Below, piece after piece: positions 52,101 to 61,699 of a stretch of 64,000 nt of DNA. The notes beneath the pieces were generated by a model. It had not been told where the DNA came from. It searched no databases and was given only the letters and a program-made list of their open reading frames with translations. This DNA is from Okamejei kenojei (taxonomy: Eukaryota): NCBI GenBank assembly GCA_035221665.1, contig CM069165.1:18662001-18726000 (forward strand). The letters run 5' to 3'. Position numbers and translations under genes: made by a program. Every line of letters starts with the position of its first letter. Positions within the stretch are counted from its first letter, which is position 1.

Positions 52101-53991
52101 GTGTAAATTGTCCCTAGTGTGTGTAGGACAGTGTTAATTTGCGGGGATCGCTGATCGGTATGGACTCGGTGGGCCGAAGGTCCTGCTTCCACACTGTATC
52201 TCTAAACAATGAAGATGACATTTCCAAGTTGAAGGATATTAGAAAGGTTTATAAGCAACATTCTGCAAAATTCGTGACAACTATCACTAACCACAGGTCG
52301 TCTTTAATTGCAGATTTATACAATTACCCAAATTTAATTAATTGAAGGTTCCCGGCCTAAAATATCACCTGTCCATTCCCCCCACAGATGCTGCCTGACC
52401 AGCTGAGTTCCTCCAGCACATTGGAGTTTGATCAAGATTCCAGCATCTGCGGTTCCATGTCAACATGGTCCTGGATTCTGAATTCCAGCCTAGTGAACCA
52501 ACATTATCTGACCAAACCGATGTGGAGGAAAGTACAACTAGAAAATACCCACATGCCCAAAGCTAATAAACAAACATGAATTTAATAGCCTTAGATTCCT
52601 ACAATCCCTCCTGAAGAACGGAAGTGTGAAAGCAACAGAATAATAAAATGCTCTGCATGAACAGTTGTGGTATTAACAGTGCCTACAAAGTAAACAGTGT
52701 TGGCAATTTGAGATAGAGAAGTGCACCACTGCAATCTTTCCATAATTACAGATGTTATTTCATTATTAGACTGTTCACTGCTTAAAAATTACATAATTTC
52801 TTCACAGACAATCCTTTCAAAATATACCTTAATGCATCATTAACAAACGGATTCCTTTCTGCCAGACCACTGATAAAGTAATATAAAGCACCATTAAGAG
52901 CTCTCCCCTCTTAGTCTTCTATTCAATTCTAAATGAAATTATTTTTTACTTGTACATAAAACGCACTAGCAAAAATACAATACAAAGAACAGCTGCTGGA
53001 GATATTTAGGTACAATTTAAAGCACTCCCAAATAAATTAAGTGAGAGCATTTGACAACCGAGGAATCGTGGATAAATGTCGAACAAGGAAAAGTAACACG
53101 ATTCAGTGTTTCAGAAACTAATTTTATTCGACAAGCATAAGCAAACTGATAAAAATAATCCTGTGCTACTTTGCCCCCCATCACTCTTTAACATGGGTAT
53201 ATTTTACATCAATTTGCCAAACCCAAGTTGAGTGTAGAATGCCTGCCAGAAAAGACCATTTAAGAGATGCATTTAAATTAATAAAAATGCATTTGTCTGC
53301 AGTTTAGTATGGTTTCTGCAAATAGCACCCAATTCCTTTCCATGAACTCCTTTTTGTTAGTTTGGCACATTATCTTTAAGTTGAACCTCGAAAATCAGAA
53401 TTTCATACTCAGTTTGCATTTATCTTGACGGCAGTAGGTTAAAGCCAAACTTCAAATTAGTTATTTCAACAACCTGAGACGTGACCAACATAGATTCTTT
53501 AAACAAATGCTGGTTTATGCTGGTTTAAGCCTGCAAAAACTGAAACATATTTCTGCAAAGTTGTACAACTTGATAAAAATATGTTTTTCCAGAATGTCTT
53601 CAATCTGCCTGATACTCAAATACTCTGTGGATCAAGAATGCAGATGGAACAAATAAATCTTCAAAATAATGTATTCATGACCGCACTTCATATTTGAAAG
53701 CAGTGAATATCAACATCTTAGAAATCCAGGGAAAATGTTCAATATAAAATTACATAAAGAAAGGTTTTGCATCTGCTCAACATTGCATCAATTACGTTTT
53801 GTGCTATTTGCTGACATACCTTGCGGCACAGCAGTTTGTTGGTAGCCTTGGACGGGTCCGTTGTATGGTCCATATTGAGGGGGCGGGACACCGGTCATGT
53901 GCTGGTTGTCATAAGTCAACTGCTGCTGGTGGTACCCTTGGTAGCCAGGCTGGGGCTGTCCATAAGATGCCATGTGACCTTGCTGATTCAT
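15999..53991 (-). CDS. SEC24C: SEC24C, COPII cargo adaptor; whole coding span, 22 constitutive exons, 3318 nt, 1105 aa
   Basis: Exons assembled by hand with GT-AG junctions and consistent phases. Pro/Gln-rich N-terminus, zinc finger ([17 protein letters not shown]), trunk/vWA, beta-sandwich, helical and gelsolin domains. C-terminus [18 protein letters not shown] matches SEC24C as recalled. Confidence 0.95.
16530..16899. mobile_element. Penelope-derived elements including a fold-back palindrome with 68-bp arms
   Basis: Arms 16730-16797 and 16832-16899 are reverse complements with 2 mismatches. Confidence 0.85.
17258..17347 (-). CDS. SEC24C: SEC24C coding exon 21 ([30 protein letters not shown])
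   Basis: ttttcag| acceptor and |gtaaag donor, 90 nt. Confidence 0.93.
18126..18317 (-). CDS. SEC24C: SEC24C coding exon 20 (gelsolin-like; [28 protein letters not shown])
   Basis: cattag| acceptor and |gtgggt donor, 192 nt. Confidence 0.93.
18763..19020 (+). mobile_element. tRNA-derived V-SINE (HE1-like), partly deleted
   Basis: ggggcggcacag..ccttacagcgccagagacctgggttcaatcc (B box), V core and tail ggccgaagggcctgtttcc. Confidence 0.85.
19170..20235 (+). mobile_element. Degraded CR1 LINE ORF2 3' portion (about 1 kb)
   Basis: Remnants such as gtaactagtggagttc, tggcaaatggaattta, gccacacctggagttatg and a CR1-like 3' end. No intact ORF. Confidence 0.7.
20343..20522 (-). CDS. SEC24C: SEC24C coding exon 19 ([30 protein letters not shown])
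   Basis: ttcctag| acceptor and |gtaagt donor, 180 nt. Confidence 0.95.
20860..21085. mobile_element. Palindromic Penelope-derived element; + strand hammerhead core at 20994-21021
   Basis: Inverted arms gtgctggagtaactcag..ggcagcatctctgga and tccagagatgctgcctgacc..ctgagttactccagtac; CTGAAGA..GAAAC GTC in the right arm. Confidence 0.8.
21553..21858 (-). mobile_element. tRNA-derived V-SINE (HE1-like)
   Basis: ttagtttagagatacagc tail and caggatcgaacccagg (reverse B box). Confidence 0.85.
22358..22476 (-). CDS. SEC24C: SEC24C coding exon 18 ([27 protein letters not shown])
   Basis: ttacag| acceptor and |gtaaga donor, 119 nt. Confidence 0.95.
22870..23470 (+). mobile_element. Highly degraded CR1 LINE fragment
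   Basis: Remnant motifs (atccattttggcagaaaa, tttgtacatgaatca, aatagacttgacctata) colinear with the fragment at 19170-20235. Confidence 0.45.
24909..25047 (-). CDS. SEC24C: SEC24C coding exon 17 ([32 protein letters not shown])
   Basis: cctgcag| acceptor and |gtaagg donor, 139 nt. Confidence 0.95.
26219..26364 (-). CDS. SEC24C: SEC24C coding exon 16 ([36 protein letters not shown])
   Basis: ttccag| acceptor and |gtgaga donor, 146 nt. Confidence 0.95.
27125..27221 (-). CDS. SEC24C: SEC24C coding exon 15 ([32 protein letters not shown])
   Basis: aactag| acceptor and |gtatgt donor, 97 nt. Confidence 0.95.
29879..30049 (-). CDS. SEC24C: SEC24C coding exon 14 ([31 protein letters not shown])
   Basis: ttgcag| acceptor and |gtaatg donor, 171 nt. 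Confidence 0.95.
30744..30860 (-). CDS. SEC24C: SEC24C coding exon 13 ([39 protein letters not shown])
   Basis: ttgcag| acceptor and |gtttgt donor, 117 nt. Confidence 0.95.
31058..31151 (-). CDS. SEC24C: SEC24C coding exon 12 ([31 protein letters not shown])
   Basis: tttcag| acceptor and |gtaagt donor, 94 nt. Confidence 0.95.
31856..32047 (-). CDS. SEC24C: SEC24C coding exon 11 ([41 protein letters not shown])
   Basis: ttctag| acceptor and |gtaaga donor, 192 nt. Confidence 0.95.
32300..32705. mobile_element. Two adjacent or nested palindromic Penelope-derived elements
   Basis: Repeated terminal motifs on both strands; possible 9-bp duplication aaacattta at 32294 and 32502. Confidence 0.7.
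32959..33083 (-). CDS. SEC24C: SEC24C coding exon 10 ([42 protein letters not shown])
   Basis: ttacag| acceptor and |gtaaga donor, 125 nt. Confidence 0.95.
33505..35720. mobile_element. Composite Penelope-like retroelement: inverted arms with GIY-YIG endonuclease remnants, interrupted by an L1-like fragment
   Basis: + arm (about 35010-35720) encodes [54 protein letters not shown]. The - arm (33505-33950 and 34636-34990) encodes the same peptides. Confidence 0.85.
33951..34545 (+). mobile_element. L1-clade LINE ORF2 C-terminal fragment (Cys-rich zf-RVT region), frameshifted
   Basis: [22 protein letters not shown], then [28 protein letters not shown] in another frame. Confidence 0.85.
35981..36096 (-). 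CDS. SEC24C: SEC24C coding exon 9 ([38 protein letters not shown])
   Basis: cctcag| acceptor and |gtattc donor, 116 nt. Confidence 0.95.
36535..36673 (-). CDS. SEC24C: SEC24C coding exon 8 (zinc finger; [30 protein letters not shown])
   Basis: ttgcag| acceptor and |gtaact donor, 139 nt. Confidence 0.95.
38186..38550 (-). mobile_element. Well-preserved CR1 LINE 3' fragment
   Basis: ORF 38282-38551 reads [41 protein letters not shown]; tail is a (tagaaaca)n octamer repeat. Confidence 0.92.
39081..39208 (-). CDS. SEC24C: SEC24C coding exon 7 ([42 protein letters not shown])
   Basis: ttgcag| acceptor and |gtaaac donor, 128 nt. Confidence 0.95.
40040..40240 (-). mobile_element. CR1 LINE 3' fragment
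   Basis: Reverse strand gives [14 protein letters not shown] and a tail cttggttggcatagatgagttgggccgatgggcc. Confidence 0.7.
40340..40451 (-). CDS. SEC24C: SEC24C coding exon 6 ([37 protein letters not shown])
   Basis: taacag| acceptor and |gtagat donor, 112 nt. Confidence 0.95.
41807..41875 (-). CDS. SEC24C: SEC24C 69-nt cassette exon ([23 protein letters not shown])
   Basis: Long pyrimidine tract ending ccttttaag|, donor CCA|GTAAGT, phase 0-0, no stop codon. Repeats the end of exon 5 ([11 protein letters not shown]). Confidence 0.85.
43005..43098 (-). mobile_element. Short Penelope-derived insertion with 10-bp target-site duplication
   Basis: aatatcggct at 42995-43004 and 43099-43108; the insert starts, on the minus strand, at gaagaagggtctcgacccgaaacgtcgcc. 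Confidence 0.85.
43974..43995. repeat. Poly-G homopolymer (about 22 nt)
   Basis: Directly visible, preceded by a poly-T run. Confidence 0.9.
44138..44262 (-). CDS. SEC24C: SEC24C coding exon 5 ([25 protein letters not shown])
   Basis: ttctag| acceptor and |gtaagc donor, 125 nt. Confidence 0.93.
44811..45215 (-). CDS. SEC24C: SEC24C coding exon 4 (Pro-rich; [17 protein letters not shown])
   Basis: tttcag| acceptor and |gtaagc donor, 405 nt. Confidence 0.9.
45400..46400 (+). mobile_element. L1-clade LINE ORF2 3' fragment
   Basis: ORF 45878-46375 reads [53 protein letters not shown]; homologous to 33951-34545. Confidence 0.88.
46790..47085 (+). mobile_element. Rex/Babar-like LINE 3' remnant
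   Basis: gttcaagaacagcttcctcccatcaggctt..gcagcaagtaaggatttcat..catgacaataaa, recognised from memory of this tail type. Confidence 0.5.
47326..47504 (-). CDS. SEC24C: SEC24C coding exon 3 ([24 protein letters not shown])
   Basis: ttgtag| acceptor and |gtaggt donor, 179 nt, phase 2 to phase 1. Confidence 0.88.
48600..48736 (+). mobile_element. LINE 3' tail (Rex/Babar-like)
   Basis: ggagcaccaaggcaaattccttgtatg..tacttagccaataaacttactta, an AATAAA followed by a short tandem tail. Confidence 0.55.
49095..49404 (+). mobile_element. Full-length tRNA-derived V-SINE (HE1-like)
   Basis: A box TGGCACAGCGG (about 49102), B box GGTTCGATCC (about 49154), V core and tail gtatctctaaactaaactaaa. Confidence 0.9.
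49755..49893 (-). CDS. SEC24C: SEC24C coding exon 2 ([28 protein letters not shown])
   Basis: ttgtag| acceptor and |gtttgt donor, 139 nt; GQGDVxNGP motif as in SEC24C. Confidence 0.9.
51752..52207 (+). mobile_element. V-SINE interrupted by a truncated Harbinger-like MITE (about 51791-51941)
   Basis: A box at 51764-51774 and B box at 51970-51979 are separated by extra sequence containing ttttcaacatgttgaaaa and ending agcgggccaggccct|tta. Confidence 0.8.
53820..53991 (-). CDS. SEC24C: SEC24C first coding exon ([38 protein letters not shown]); exon begins at 54028
   Basis: Acceptor tttcag| at 54029, ATG at 53991, donor G|GTATGT. An upstream non-coding exon is implied but was not found in the window. 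Confidence 0.9.
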
Positions 53992-54267
53992 CTTTATTTC
54001 ACAAAGTTCATCCCCAAACTGATGTTACCTGAAATGAGTACAGAAAGAATATTTATTCAGTCATATTCTTTCCATTCCACTGACTATTTTTCATTAAAGG
54101 AAATGTGCAAGTTCACCTTGCAAGGTTCCCAATTTTTGCATGGACAAATTAGTGCACCGTTCTGATTACACACAGGCTTTGGCAATGACTGCCCATGCAG
54201 TTTTAACCAGCAGCTTTACACCAATTCTAAACCATGTATCACAATGGCATTACCAGTTCCCCAGTCA

Positions 54268-54400
54268 CAGTCTGAAGAAGGGTCTCGACTCGAAACGTCA
54301 CCCATTCTTTCTCTCCAGACATGCTGCCTGTCCCGCTGAGTTAGCCCAGTTTTTTGTGTTTATCTTCGGTTTAAACCCACATATGCAGTTCCATCCTACA
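54268..54400 (+). mobile_element. Penelope-derived terminal fragment with intact minimal hammerhead core (54272-54299)
   Basis: CTGAAGA-a-gggtc-tc-gactc-GAAAC-GTC followed by the common Penelope-type tail. Confidence 0.8.
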
Positions 54401-57400
54401 CTAATAACGAGACGTTGAGTAGCAGCATGTTATTTAAAATGACAGAGACCTTCTGGAAATGGTATGTTATATAGCCGTATTGTATTATCTTTGTCAGTGA
54501 AATCACACTACAAAAGCAATAACTCTGGAACAGCATTAAACAGCTTAAATGAACAGAATACAAGATAAACTTTCAATCAGCTTGAATGTATTTGAAAATC
54601 AAAACTGCAGGCATTAAAATTTAAAAAACACAAAATTCTAGAAGTGCTCAGTGATTGGGGAAGAAAATCAATGCTTCAGAATGAAATACCTTCATCAGAG
54701 TTGAAAATGAGGCAAACGAATATATATCATGTATTTGTCAGTTCTAAATCCATCTGGATTTCTTTGTTGATCCACATTCAAGAGCACTTCCTTTGCCACC
54801 AGCCTACCTTACAATTTTGTACGATGTGGACTTGCAACAGCTATCCAACAAGGAAGTAGGGAAAGCATTCAACTATGAACACAATGGTAACTTTCCATAT
54901 TCTAATGGTATTGAAGAATCTTATTGCGGTTACAAGACAAAGCAATATATTTTGCATGATCATTCCTCATATTTGATACCAAACAGGTGTGGACTTTGGA
55001 AATTATCTGCAATCCTAGGATGAGTAATTTGTCAACAAGCTGCAGAGGGCACAAGCATATAAACCTGTGGCTTGCATTACATAACATCCTAAGGTATTTA
55101 ATACGCTGAAACTGAATCATGCTGTACAACAGAACCAAAATTAAGTGGTCGTGAAATGTTGGTGATTAGCTGATAATTCAACTTGTATTGCTCAACTGCT
55201 GCTTCAGCATTATTCTCATACAATAGTACCAAAATGTAAGAAAACCCCAGATATATTTTGCAGAATATTCAGTAATCAGCCATGAGATGCTGAAAATAAT
55301 TTTGGTCGTGTTTCCAAAATTAGGTTGCTTTCGGTATGGTTTGGTCTCATCTTCTTAGACATTAAAATACTTTGGCAATTCCAAGCCATTCAGCCTATGT
55401 TGCATGGAGTCCATGTTGGTACTTGTAAAGAAATGCGGATAATGAATGTGCTAGATGCTTGCACCAAACAAATGGAGATGTCAGAGTCTGCAAGATTAGA
55501 AGTGATAAGTAGAACACGCCCACAAAAATTTGAAAGCAAGCACAAAATTAAAAATCAAGGCAACTTTTAAACTAAAGCTATTGTAGGTTATTGTATACTG
55601 AAGTAATAGATGAGCCCAAGCATACGGAGAGCACTAGGCACCTGGATTTATTGGAAGCTATCCACAAAGCTCAAACACATGCTCAATATCTGCTCATTTG
55701 GACCTTAAATAGCAAGCTTACAGACAATAACACAAGATAATCGCGGCTTCAAAGTACTTCAGATTTAAGCAATCCCCATTAAAATTCAGTCAGAATCCTA
55801 TCTTTCTCAAGTATTTCAACGTATCAGTGAATCACAGGCGACAACTGTGTCAAGTACCCAGCAGCAAGGTTCACACCCAGCAACCTTCTGTGTCACACGT
55901 TATAAATGTGATTAGTGTATTGTTCCTTTACAGAGTACAACATTCACATATGTAGGTGCGCCAACAATGTAAACATAACTGTTCTTGCAGAAGCAACTAG
56001 CCATTGATCTTAGAAATACAAAACAAAACTAGGCCATTAAGGGCAGTTCTGCCATTCAAAAATCACTATCTCAATACAATATCCCCACGCTGGCCATATA
56101 TCACATTTCGCATCCTGCATAGAAATCTGATCGCATCATTAATATATTCTGCAATTCAAAGGTTTGTGGTAGAAAAGTCTAACATTTTATCTTCCACGCA
56201 CACTTCCTGCCAAAACATGTCAGTTTTTAAATAAATAAATCCATATTCTTCTAAACTCTCATGAATAAGGACTAAGTCGATTTGACTTTATGCAATAATC
56301 CCACCATTCTGGGAATCTGCCAAGAACATTTTCTCTGCACTCTATCTCTCCAAAAAACAGCGACCAAATTTCACACAATACTCCAATCTCGTACAATACA
56401 TTGAGCTCTAGTGAAGGCCAAGATGCAGTTTGCCTTAACAGCTTTGTTTACCTGCACGTTTGGTTACTCAATGTAGTAGGACATCCAGCTGTTTAACAAT
56501 TTATCCTTCTGCATTTTTCCCCATTAAGGTACATAACTTCACTGTTGTGAAGTGCCTGTCATATTTCTGTCTAATCAGCTCATCTAGGAATTTGAGACCT
56601 GAAATAGCCCATTATTTTATGCAAGTAGGACCTAACAATGTCTCATATTTGTCCCAGAGATAGTAGTAAAGCGCATTATTCCGCTTCTGTCAGCACAATA
56701 AAGAAAGAACATAACCTCAAATCTGCATTTCCGCCCTTCCCCCCCCCCCCCCCCCCGGATAATCTTTTACCCCCTTGTTCATGAAGAATCTATTTCTAAA
56801 TTTAAAATTTTCAAAGGATCTCCTTTGGCTTCCGTTTGAGGGAATTCAGCGCTTGGAGAAAGACGTCAACTCTGACTCAAATGGGCAACCTCTGTCTTTC
56901 AAACAGTGCAATGATGGATAATTGTTTTCAGGGGCGGTTATACTTAAAGTTGTAGTTTAAACACATTATTTTTGTTGATTGTGAACAGACTAGAATGATC
57001 CTGAAGCCAAACATTCAGTTCAGCAAAATGAGGGATTATTTGAATGTGTAATTTGAATATACTGGTAGGAAGGATGACCTGAACAGGAACTAATAACAGC
57101 ATATCAAACAAACCATAGTTTTTATTCATGTGCATATGCTTCTTCAATTTAAAAAAAAACAAAGCCATGGTTCACAAGTTCTTGCAGTCTGCGTTATGTT
57201 TAACTACTACAACACTAATTGGACCATTGTCGGCAATGTCGGGGCGGAGATAAAAATAACTGTGGAACACATCGATTCAAAAATGTAGTGCGAATACAAT
57301 ACCGAGCTTGACAATAAACTATTCCTTTTGGTAGTTATAAGTACATATGTTAATCACTAAAATAAATTTGAAACATCTCCCAGCTAAAATGACAAAAAAT

Positions 57401-58899
57401 CTCTCGCAGTTCAACCGTAACAAGGTTGCTCCTGTGCATCAGCAACTTGAGGTTTTTCCAAATAAATTGACCCGCAACATCACCTATCCATGTTCTCCAA
57501 AGACATTGCCTGACCTTCTGAGTTACTCCAGCACTTTGTGACACATTGCTAACTGAGACTGAAGAAACCCATGCCCATGCCTTTTTATAATTAAAGCAAG
57601 TTTTTTTATAAAGACAACTGAAGAGCCTTACTAAGGATTTGTCCACGAAGAGCTTCAGCAAAGTATTCAGGTTCATGATAAGCAAAAGACTGTCAAACCA
57701 CGGTGCCCACTTGGTTGTCCCCATATATAGTGTTACCCCCATAAATTAACTCGCTAATCAACACATGGAAATTTTTTAACCCAATTTTAAATCTTAATTT
57801 TTCTGAGAATATTCTCACATTCTGAACTAAATATTTAGTTCAAATGTCAAGTGCACTGAAACACTGAGAAAATCATCATTCCCCCACTATTCTGTTCAAT
57901 TCTGATCTTGACATTTTTTCTCATCTCCAAGGCTCCATTATTTTGCATCCCATAAACATACTGATCTCTAAAGAGAAGATGGATTTCTCAGCTATGCAAG
58001 ATAAAGAAACAGCAATACCAATACACTTGGAGCGCAATTTCTTTTTTCAAACAATACAGAGCCAAGTGTAGTTATTGCAGCATTTCATAATCAAATTCAA
58101 CCACTTACCAAAATGCTGGATTGCCAAAGAGGTATGACTAATAGGAAAGAAAAGGAAGCTATTCGGAAACTTGATAAGCTGTCTATTACGCTAAGATATT
58201 TATTTATTATAGCTTGAAATGCAAGAAATATGATCCATTCTTAAATAACCAAATATTACAGACATATGTTAGTGGGAGGAAATTTCAAATATCAGTTGTC
58301 GTTAAAATAACTTTCTGAATTTCCTCTTATGTGGCTGAGCTCCAACTTTTAACTACTGTCACTTTAAAAATTACCCAGCATAAATGGCTAACATGTGCCC
58401 ACTGTAATTAATATTTTTTAACATGGTAAACTCAAAGATACAAGAACACAACTTTGTGCGAGATATTTATAAAATAATACATACCTCAATTCTATTACAA
58501 TTGTGTCACATCAAATACAGGGAGGGACAGAAGGCAAGCCCAAAATCACATTATATAGAAACAGCAGGTAGAGGAGAGCGCCTTAATGGGAAAACAGTCA
58601 GAAAGTGCAAAGAAAATACTTCAGAATAACAAAGCATGAGTCAATCAATCATCAGAATCTATGCCTAGTTCTAAACATCACCCCTCAGAATGTATTTGAT
58701 AATCCTCCTCAAAATCATATAGCTCATTAAGATTATCTTCCATTCTTCAAAACTTAAATATTGGTCGAACCTGCTCACATTCTCATCATTCAGTAATGAT
58801 TCTAACTCGTTCTAACAGATAAACCTCTCCGCAATGTCCCCAAAGCAACCCTATCCATCCTTAAAAGCGGAGACCAAACCTGTATGCAATACTCCAAAA

Positions 58900-59320
58900 T
58901 GGATACACAAGAGATGGCAGATGCTAGAATCTTGAGCAAACAAAAAAGTGCACGTGGAACTCAGCGGGTTAGGCAGCATCTGTGAAGGAAAATGGATAGA
59001 TAACATTGTGTGCCAGGACCCTTTTCAGAGTCTAAAGAAAGGTTCTGACTTGATGTGTCATCTGTCCGTTTCCCTCCACAGATACCATCTGACCTGCTGT
59101 GTTTCTCTGGTACTTTTTTGTTCACTCAAGATTCCAGCATCTGCTGTACTCAGATGCTGGTTAATAGACAAAAGGACACAAAGTGCTGGAGTAACTCAGC
59201 CGGTCAGGAACACGGATAGGTAATGTTCCGGGTCAAGTCTAAAGATGGGTCATGAAACATCACTTATTCATGTTCTCCAGAGGTGCTGCCTGACCTGTTG
59301 AGTACTTCCAGCACTGCATG
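58900..59320. mobile_element. Cluster of degraded palindromic Penelope-derived elements
   Basis: Terminal motifs on both strands (gcagatgctagaatcttgag / ctcaagattccagcatctgc; gtgctggagtaactcag / tgagtacttccagcac). Confidence 0.7.
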
Positions 59321-60324
59321 TCCTTTGCATCAAAACTTCCTAGTTCAACACCATGCCTTTTTGCACTGATATTTGAGTTTAGCAGTACGAATGCTAATTG
59401 ACAGCCTGCTCTGATAATCAAGTCATGGTGATTTGGTGTGTCCTGCCACGTTCCTGCCCAAATCATCATATGCTCAATATAAAAAAATATTTTAATTTCA
59501 AGAATGTACAAGCCAAGATTAAGCAATCACTGTCCTCAAAGATAGAGAATATCAGAGATTTACTTTCCCATGAAAGTACAATCTTTGTCTTACATGTCCA
59601 ACTTGAGACTACACCAACTTCAAAATTCTGTAAATGTAGCACAAAGTCCCTGGAAAAAACAGTATCACAACATCTATTCTGCCATTCCCTTTCAGGATCT
59701 TGCATGTTAATAAAATATTTTATTGTTATAAGCTTCATCATATATTGGCCAATCTTCCTTAATTTCAACTTCACAGTAACTGATCACTGAAAACACAAAT
59801 CATATGCAAAACAGTAAATCATTTCAGTAATAGGTTTTAGGAACACAGTTATAATTTAGGAAGCACAGATTAATCTTTCTTCACTTGACAGTCCACTAAA
59901 ATCACCTCAGGTAGACACAAAATGTTACAGTATATCAGCTGAGTGGCACCAGAATTTTGTGTCATATTTGGCATAAACCAGCATCTGCCTTTCATTTTTA
60001 TTCCACTAAAATCACTGAATCACTTGCACGCTGATTTCAGAACAAAATTTGGTCAAATGCGTTTTATTGCAACCATTCATTTGTTGAACAAAGAGAGGAC
60101 AGGACACACAGTAATCAACTGCATTTACCACAAGGCATTTTGGATTATCCTTAAAAGAAACTTAGTTCCTGGACTCTGCTCACCTTCCACGTGATCCAGA
60201 CGAGGCAACAAATTATAATTTGTTTCAACATCGTTCTAAAGTCCCATGTGGTTTAATTATCACCAAGTAGTTTTATTTTATATTATCTTCTCAGATATCT
60301 GTTCAAAATGAATATCAGTTCATG

Positions 60325-60403
60325 GTCTTCATAAGATACGATAGAACTTTATTTATCTACTCCTCCCTGGAATAAATAAAGTTCTATCGTATCCTATGAA
60401 GAC
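60325..60403. repeat. Near-perfect inverted repeat with 32-bp arms and 15-nt loop
   Basis: gtcttcataagatacgatagaactttatttat (60325-60356) versus ataaataaagttctatcgtatcctatgaagac (60372-60403), 1 mismatch. Confidence 0.9.
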
Positions 60404-61699
60404 TGCGGAGTACTCACTGCAGAGTACTCAGTGGCCAAATATTTTTTTAAACTTAAACCAGACAACTTGGATGAGGAGAAAAGCCCTCTGACAAAAAAAA
60501 AAGTTTAAAAATTCACAGGATATGACAACTGGAAAGCTCTTTTGCCAACCATAATTGAAAAGCTGAGGTATGAGTGGAAATGAAGGGCAAAAGGTAATTG
60601 ACACCAATGCAATGTGACCATATTAGCATTAGAAGACCACGCACTAATAAACAATGTACTGCAGGACAAAGAACTGACATGGGTCAAAATATTCAGCAGC
60701 CATTGGTAAGAAGTTAATGGGTGATAGAACGTGGGAGAAACTGCTGAAATGAGAGCAGAAGGCATACGCGAGGGCTGTTGAAATTAAGCCTTGAATTACC
60801 CAGCAAAGTCATGTATATTGACAACAAGGAATGGGGAAAGAATACTTCAGAGTAAAGATTATCTGAAAATACAGAAGCCCCCAAAAAATGATTTTAGATG
60901 TGGTTGGAATAGGATTTTAGAAAGGGCTGAGAAAACAGACTAAGTAGCCATTTTCAAAATAAACTTGACAAGTGAATGGAAAATAACTGCATCTATATTT
61001 TTCCCATAATAGGCAGCAACACAAACAATGCAACCACTTCATGATTCTTCCCAGAGTGATGGAGATAAATAATAAAAGAAAAAATGCGAAGGTACATAGC
61101 TTTGAGCTGAATTTGCAGCTCAGTCTAGGAAGAAATACTCTCCCAAGTTATCCTGGGAAATTATATAAAAACAGCGATCTAACAATCTGCTGCAAGAATC
61201 CTAAAGTAAAATACATTTTTTTCTCTTTATGCTCCAACAAGTCACTGGAAATGGCAAGATATTTGTCCTGAAATATGCACACAAGACATTTGAAACCTAC
61301 AAGATTAGGTGGGCACATGGGGAATGATCAAAACTGTAGTCCATTTAAAGATGCTACGCTATTACTGAGCTTGGCTTAATTCCAGTTTAGCAAATTTGAA
61401 TACATCACCAGACCATTAGATTTCAGAGATTCTCCAAAATGTAATACTTGGATGCACAACAACTAAATGCAGCAGCATGGCAAAAAATCACCAGCCTATT
61501 TACCAGAATCATAAACTTTCGAGTACACCTATCTGTGGTATCAATTTCTCATGAACCAACCACCAATAATTTAATAACTCGGTTGAATCTCATTAATGCT
61601 GTTTAAAGAGGAAAATTGACAGCGAGGAAGCATATCCAACTTTACAATGGGATCTTGGGTAGAAACACCAAAGAAATGGAAAATGCGCTTTAACTCTGG

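Noticed and set aside
15999-53991. Assignment as SEC24D
   Set aside because: N-terminal motifs (YNGPVxGYQQ, GQGDVxNGP) and the C-terminus [13 protein letters not shown] fit SEC24C as recalled.
56690-57310. SEC24C promoter or non-coding exon 1 (two GGGGCGG boxes, a few CpGs, poly-C run)
   Set aside because: CpG density is too low for an island and I found no convincing donor. The first exon probably lies beyond the window.
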